A stretch of 33,635 bases of DNA from a virus. The stretch lies in IMG/VR virus record IMGVR_UViG_3300045988_112104, positions 1 to 33,635 of that record, one strand, 5' to 3'. The first letter of the stretch is position 1. Each line of letters starts with the position of its first letter. The position numbers and the translations under genes are program-made. This document shows positions 32,459 to 33,635 of the stretch, in pieces. The notes beneath the pieces were generated by a model. That model had not been told where the DNA came from. It did not search any database and saw only the letters and a program-made list of their open reading frames with translations.

Positions 32459-33511
32459 ATGCAGTATTTAGACACAAACGGCTTGAAGAAGCTGTGGGAG
32501 ACCATTAAAAGCAAGTTTGAATCAAAGGAAAGTGCAACGCAGACAAAGGCGAGGATAACCTCTGCAGAGGGTTCAGTTAATCAGCTATCAAATAGTGTTA
32601 GGAGTGTTCAGGTAGCCGTTACGGAACTAAAAAACGCAAAGCAACCAAAACTATATATCGCATACTCTAGCTCTAGCGATGGAACAGGAATGACACTCAC
32701 ACCTAGAGCAGATTCAAGCTATATAGGTTTTTGCACATCAATAGAAGATACGGCACCTACCACACCTATTAGCTATAAGTGGGCACTATTTAAGGGTCAA
32801 GGTGGAAGTGGAGGAACATCTATATATACTTGGGTTGCTTATGCAAGCGATAACTCAGGTACAGACTTTTCGCACACCTATAACGGAGAGGTGCACGATT
32901 GGATAGGACTAGGACTAAACAAGCCGTCGCTAACGGCTTCTAACAACTATCACGACTACGAGTGGCACTGTATCACAGACCCTAACGCAACATATAAACT
33001 CAATCAGTTAGAGGGTAAATTTTCGACACTAAATACTGCGATACAGTCAGTACAGACAAGTACTGAAGCTATGCTAGGAGACATTTACGGACAAGTAGAG
33101 CATTTGCCTGAAAAGATAGATGAGCTCAAAGGCAGGCTTGATGTCGTAAAGGACTACATCATCGAGCAAGGCGAGATTGATGGATGGCAGTATACGAAAT
33201 GGGCTAAAGGCACGCTTGAAATGCTTATGTCAAAGGAGATTGACTTAGGGGGATGGACTGATGGTATGTGGAATAATATGCTCTTTAGCCGAAAAGTATT
33301 TGGCTATCCGTTGCAAATCAAGCCTGTAAAAACACCTGTTGTTGTCGCTTCGGTGCAGATTGGCACAGGATATTCGTTGGGGGCACAGACAACTCATATT
33401 AAGTCTGGCAACCAATTTACAGGAATACAAATAACCTCTGCAGGAAGTCAAGGTGCAAGCACGGCTGAAGTTAAAAACTTACAGATATATGTTATCGGTA
33501 AGTGGAAGTAG
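32459..33511 (+). CDS. Tail fibre / receptor-binding protein
   Basis: The N-terminal MQYLDTNGLKKLWETIKSKF is a common Firmicute phage fibre N-terminus. Two tandem Y(I/T)(A/W)..Y(S/A)S...G......YIG/WIG...Y(K/E)W modules follow. It is the last structural gene before lysis. Confidence 0.6.
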   Translation: MQYLDTNGLKKLWETIKSKFESKESATQTKARITSAEGSVNQLSNSVRSVQVAVTELKNAKQPKLYIAYSSSSDGTGMTLTPRADSSYIGFCTSIEDTAPTTPISYKWALFKGQGGSGGTSIYTWVAYASDNSGTDFSHTYNGEVHDWIGLGLNKPSLTASNNYHDYEWHCITDPNATYKLNQLEGKFSTLNTAIQSVQTSTEAMLGDIYGQVEHLPEKIDELKGRLDVVKDYIIEQGEIDGWQYTKWAKGTLEMLMSKEIDLGGWTDGMWNNMLFSRKVFGYPLQIKPVKTPVVVASVQIGTGYSLGAQTTHIKSGNQFTGIQITSAGSQGASTAEVKNLQIYVIGKWK

Positions 33512-33520
33512 GAGGAGTGT

Positions 33521-33635
33521 ATGGGAGAATTGACAAGGGAAGAGTGGCTAGAACGCAAGAATACCATTGACATCAAGATACAATGCCACGATGACGAAAT
33601 CAAAAGAATGAATACGCGATTGACGATTGTTGAGG
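33521..33635 (+). CDS. N-terminal part of the XhlA-like gene that continues at position 1
   Basis: ATG 33521 with SD GGAGGAG. 33581-33635 duplicates 1-55 in frame. Confidence 0.55.
   Translation, partial: MGELTREEWLERKNTIDIKIQCHDDEIKRMNTRLTIVE
33581..33635. repeat. 55-bp exact terminal duplication of positions 1-55 (circular-closure overlap)
   Basis: CAATGCCACGATGACGAAATCAAAAGAATGAATACGCGATTGACGATTGTTGAGG is present at both ends. Confidence 0.95.

Noticed and set aside
32459-33511. Diversity-generating retroelement targeting the fibre gene
   Set aside because: There is no reverse transcriptase ORF anywhere in the genome. I found no template-repeat copy of the fibre C-terminus elsewhere.

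Overview
The window is a complete, circularly closed temperate phage genome. Bases 1-55 are identical to 33581-33635, so the unique length is 33,580 bp, and one lysis-associated gene reads across the junction. All domain calls come from motifs read by eye in the supplied translations; no database search was run.

Gene order:
- Lysis cassette: XhlA-like protein, holin, and a GH25 endolysin with three CWB2 wall-binding repeats. The CWB2 repeats point to a Clostridia-type Gram-positive host.
- attP carrying the 3' 49 nt of a tRNA-Lys(CUU), next to a minus-strand lysogeny module: tyrosine integrase, a membrane-anchored KTSC-like protein, and a CI/LexA-type repressor.
- A divergent genetic switch with a 15-bp palindromic operator.
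- A long plus-strand early operon:
  - regulators and a wall enzyme: Cro-like and Xis-like proteins, and a secreted SLT transglycosylase;
  - recombination genes: a Rad52-like annealase and a NinB-like protein;
  - replication genes: an initiator gene with an embedded iteron array, a G39P-like helicase loader, DUF1064 and SSB;
  - DNA modification and nucleotide genes: a C5 DNA methyltransferase, YopX, a DUF4406 fusion and MazG;
  - a late-regulator candidate.
- A counter-oriented three-gene cassette (J-domain protein, DUF3560, XRE-HTH fusion). It has its own consensus promoter and is bracketed by a 17-bp inverted repeat.
- Packaging and morphogenesis genes with a podovirus-like tail layout: no recognisable tail tube, sheath or chaperone genes, and one 1293-aa virion protein.

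Most unusual items:
- the inverted-repeat-bracketed J-domain cassette;
- a promoter-plus-terminator-bounded structured leader upstream of terS;
- a 512-bp ORF-free, repeat-rich spacer between terS and terL that shares an 18/19-nt motif with the attP flank;
- a Ser-to-Cys change at the S24 nucleophile position of the repressor;
- a 150-codon same-strand ORF with its own SD inside the methyltransferase gene.
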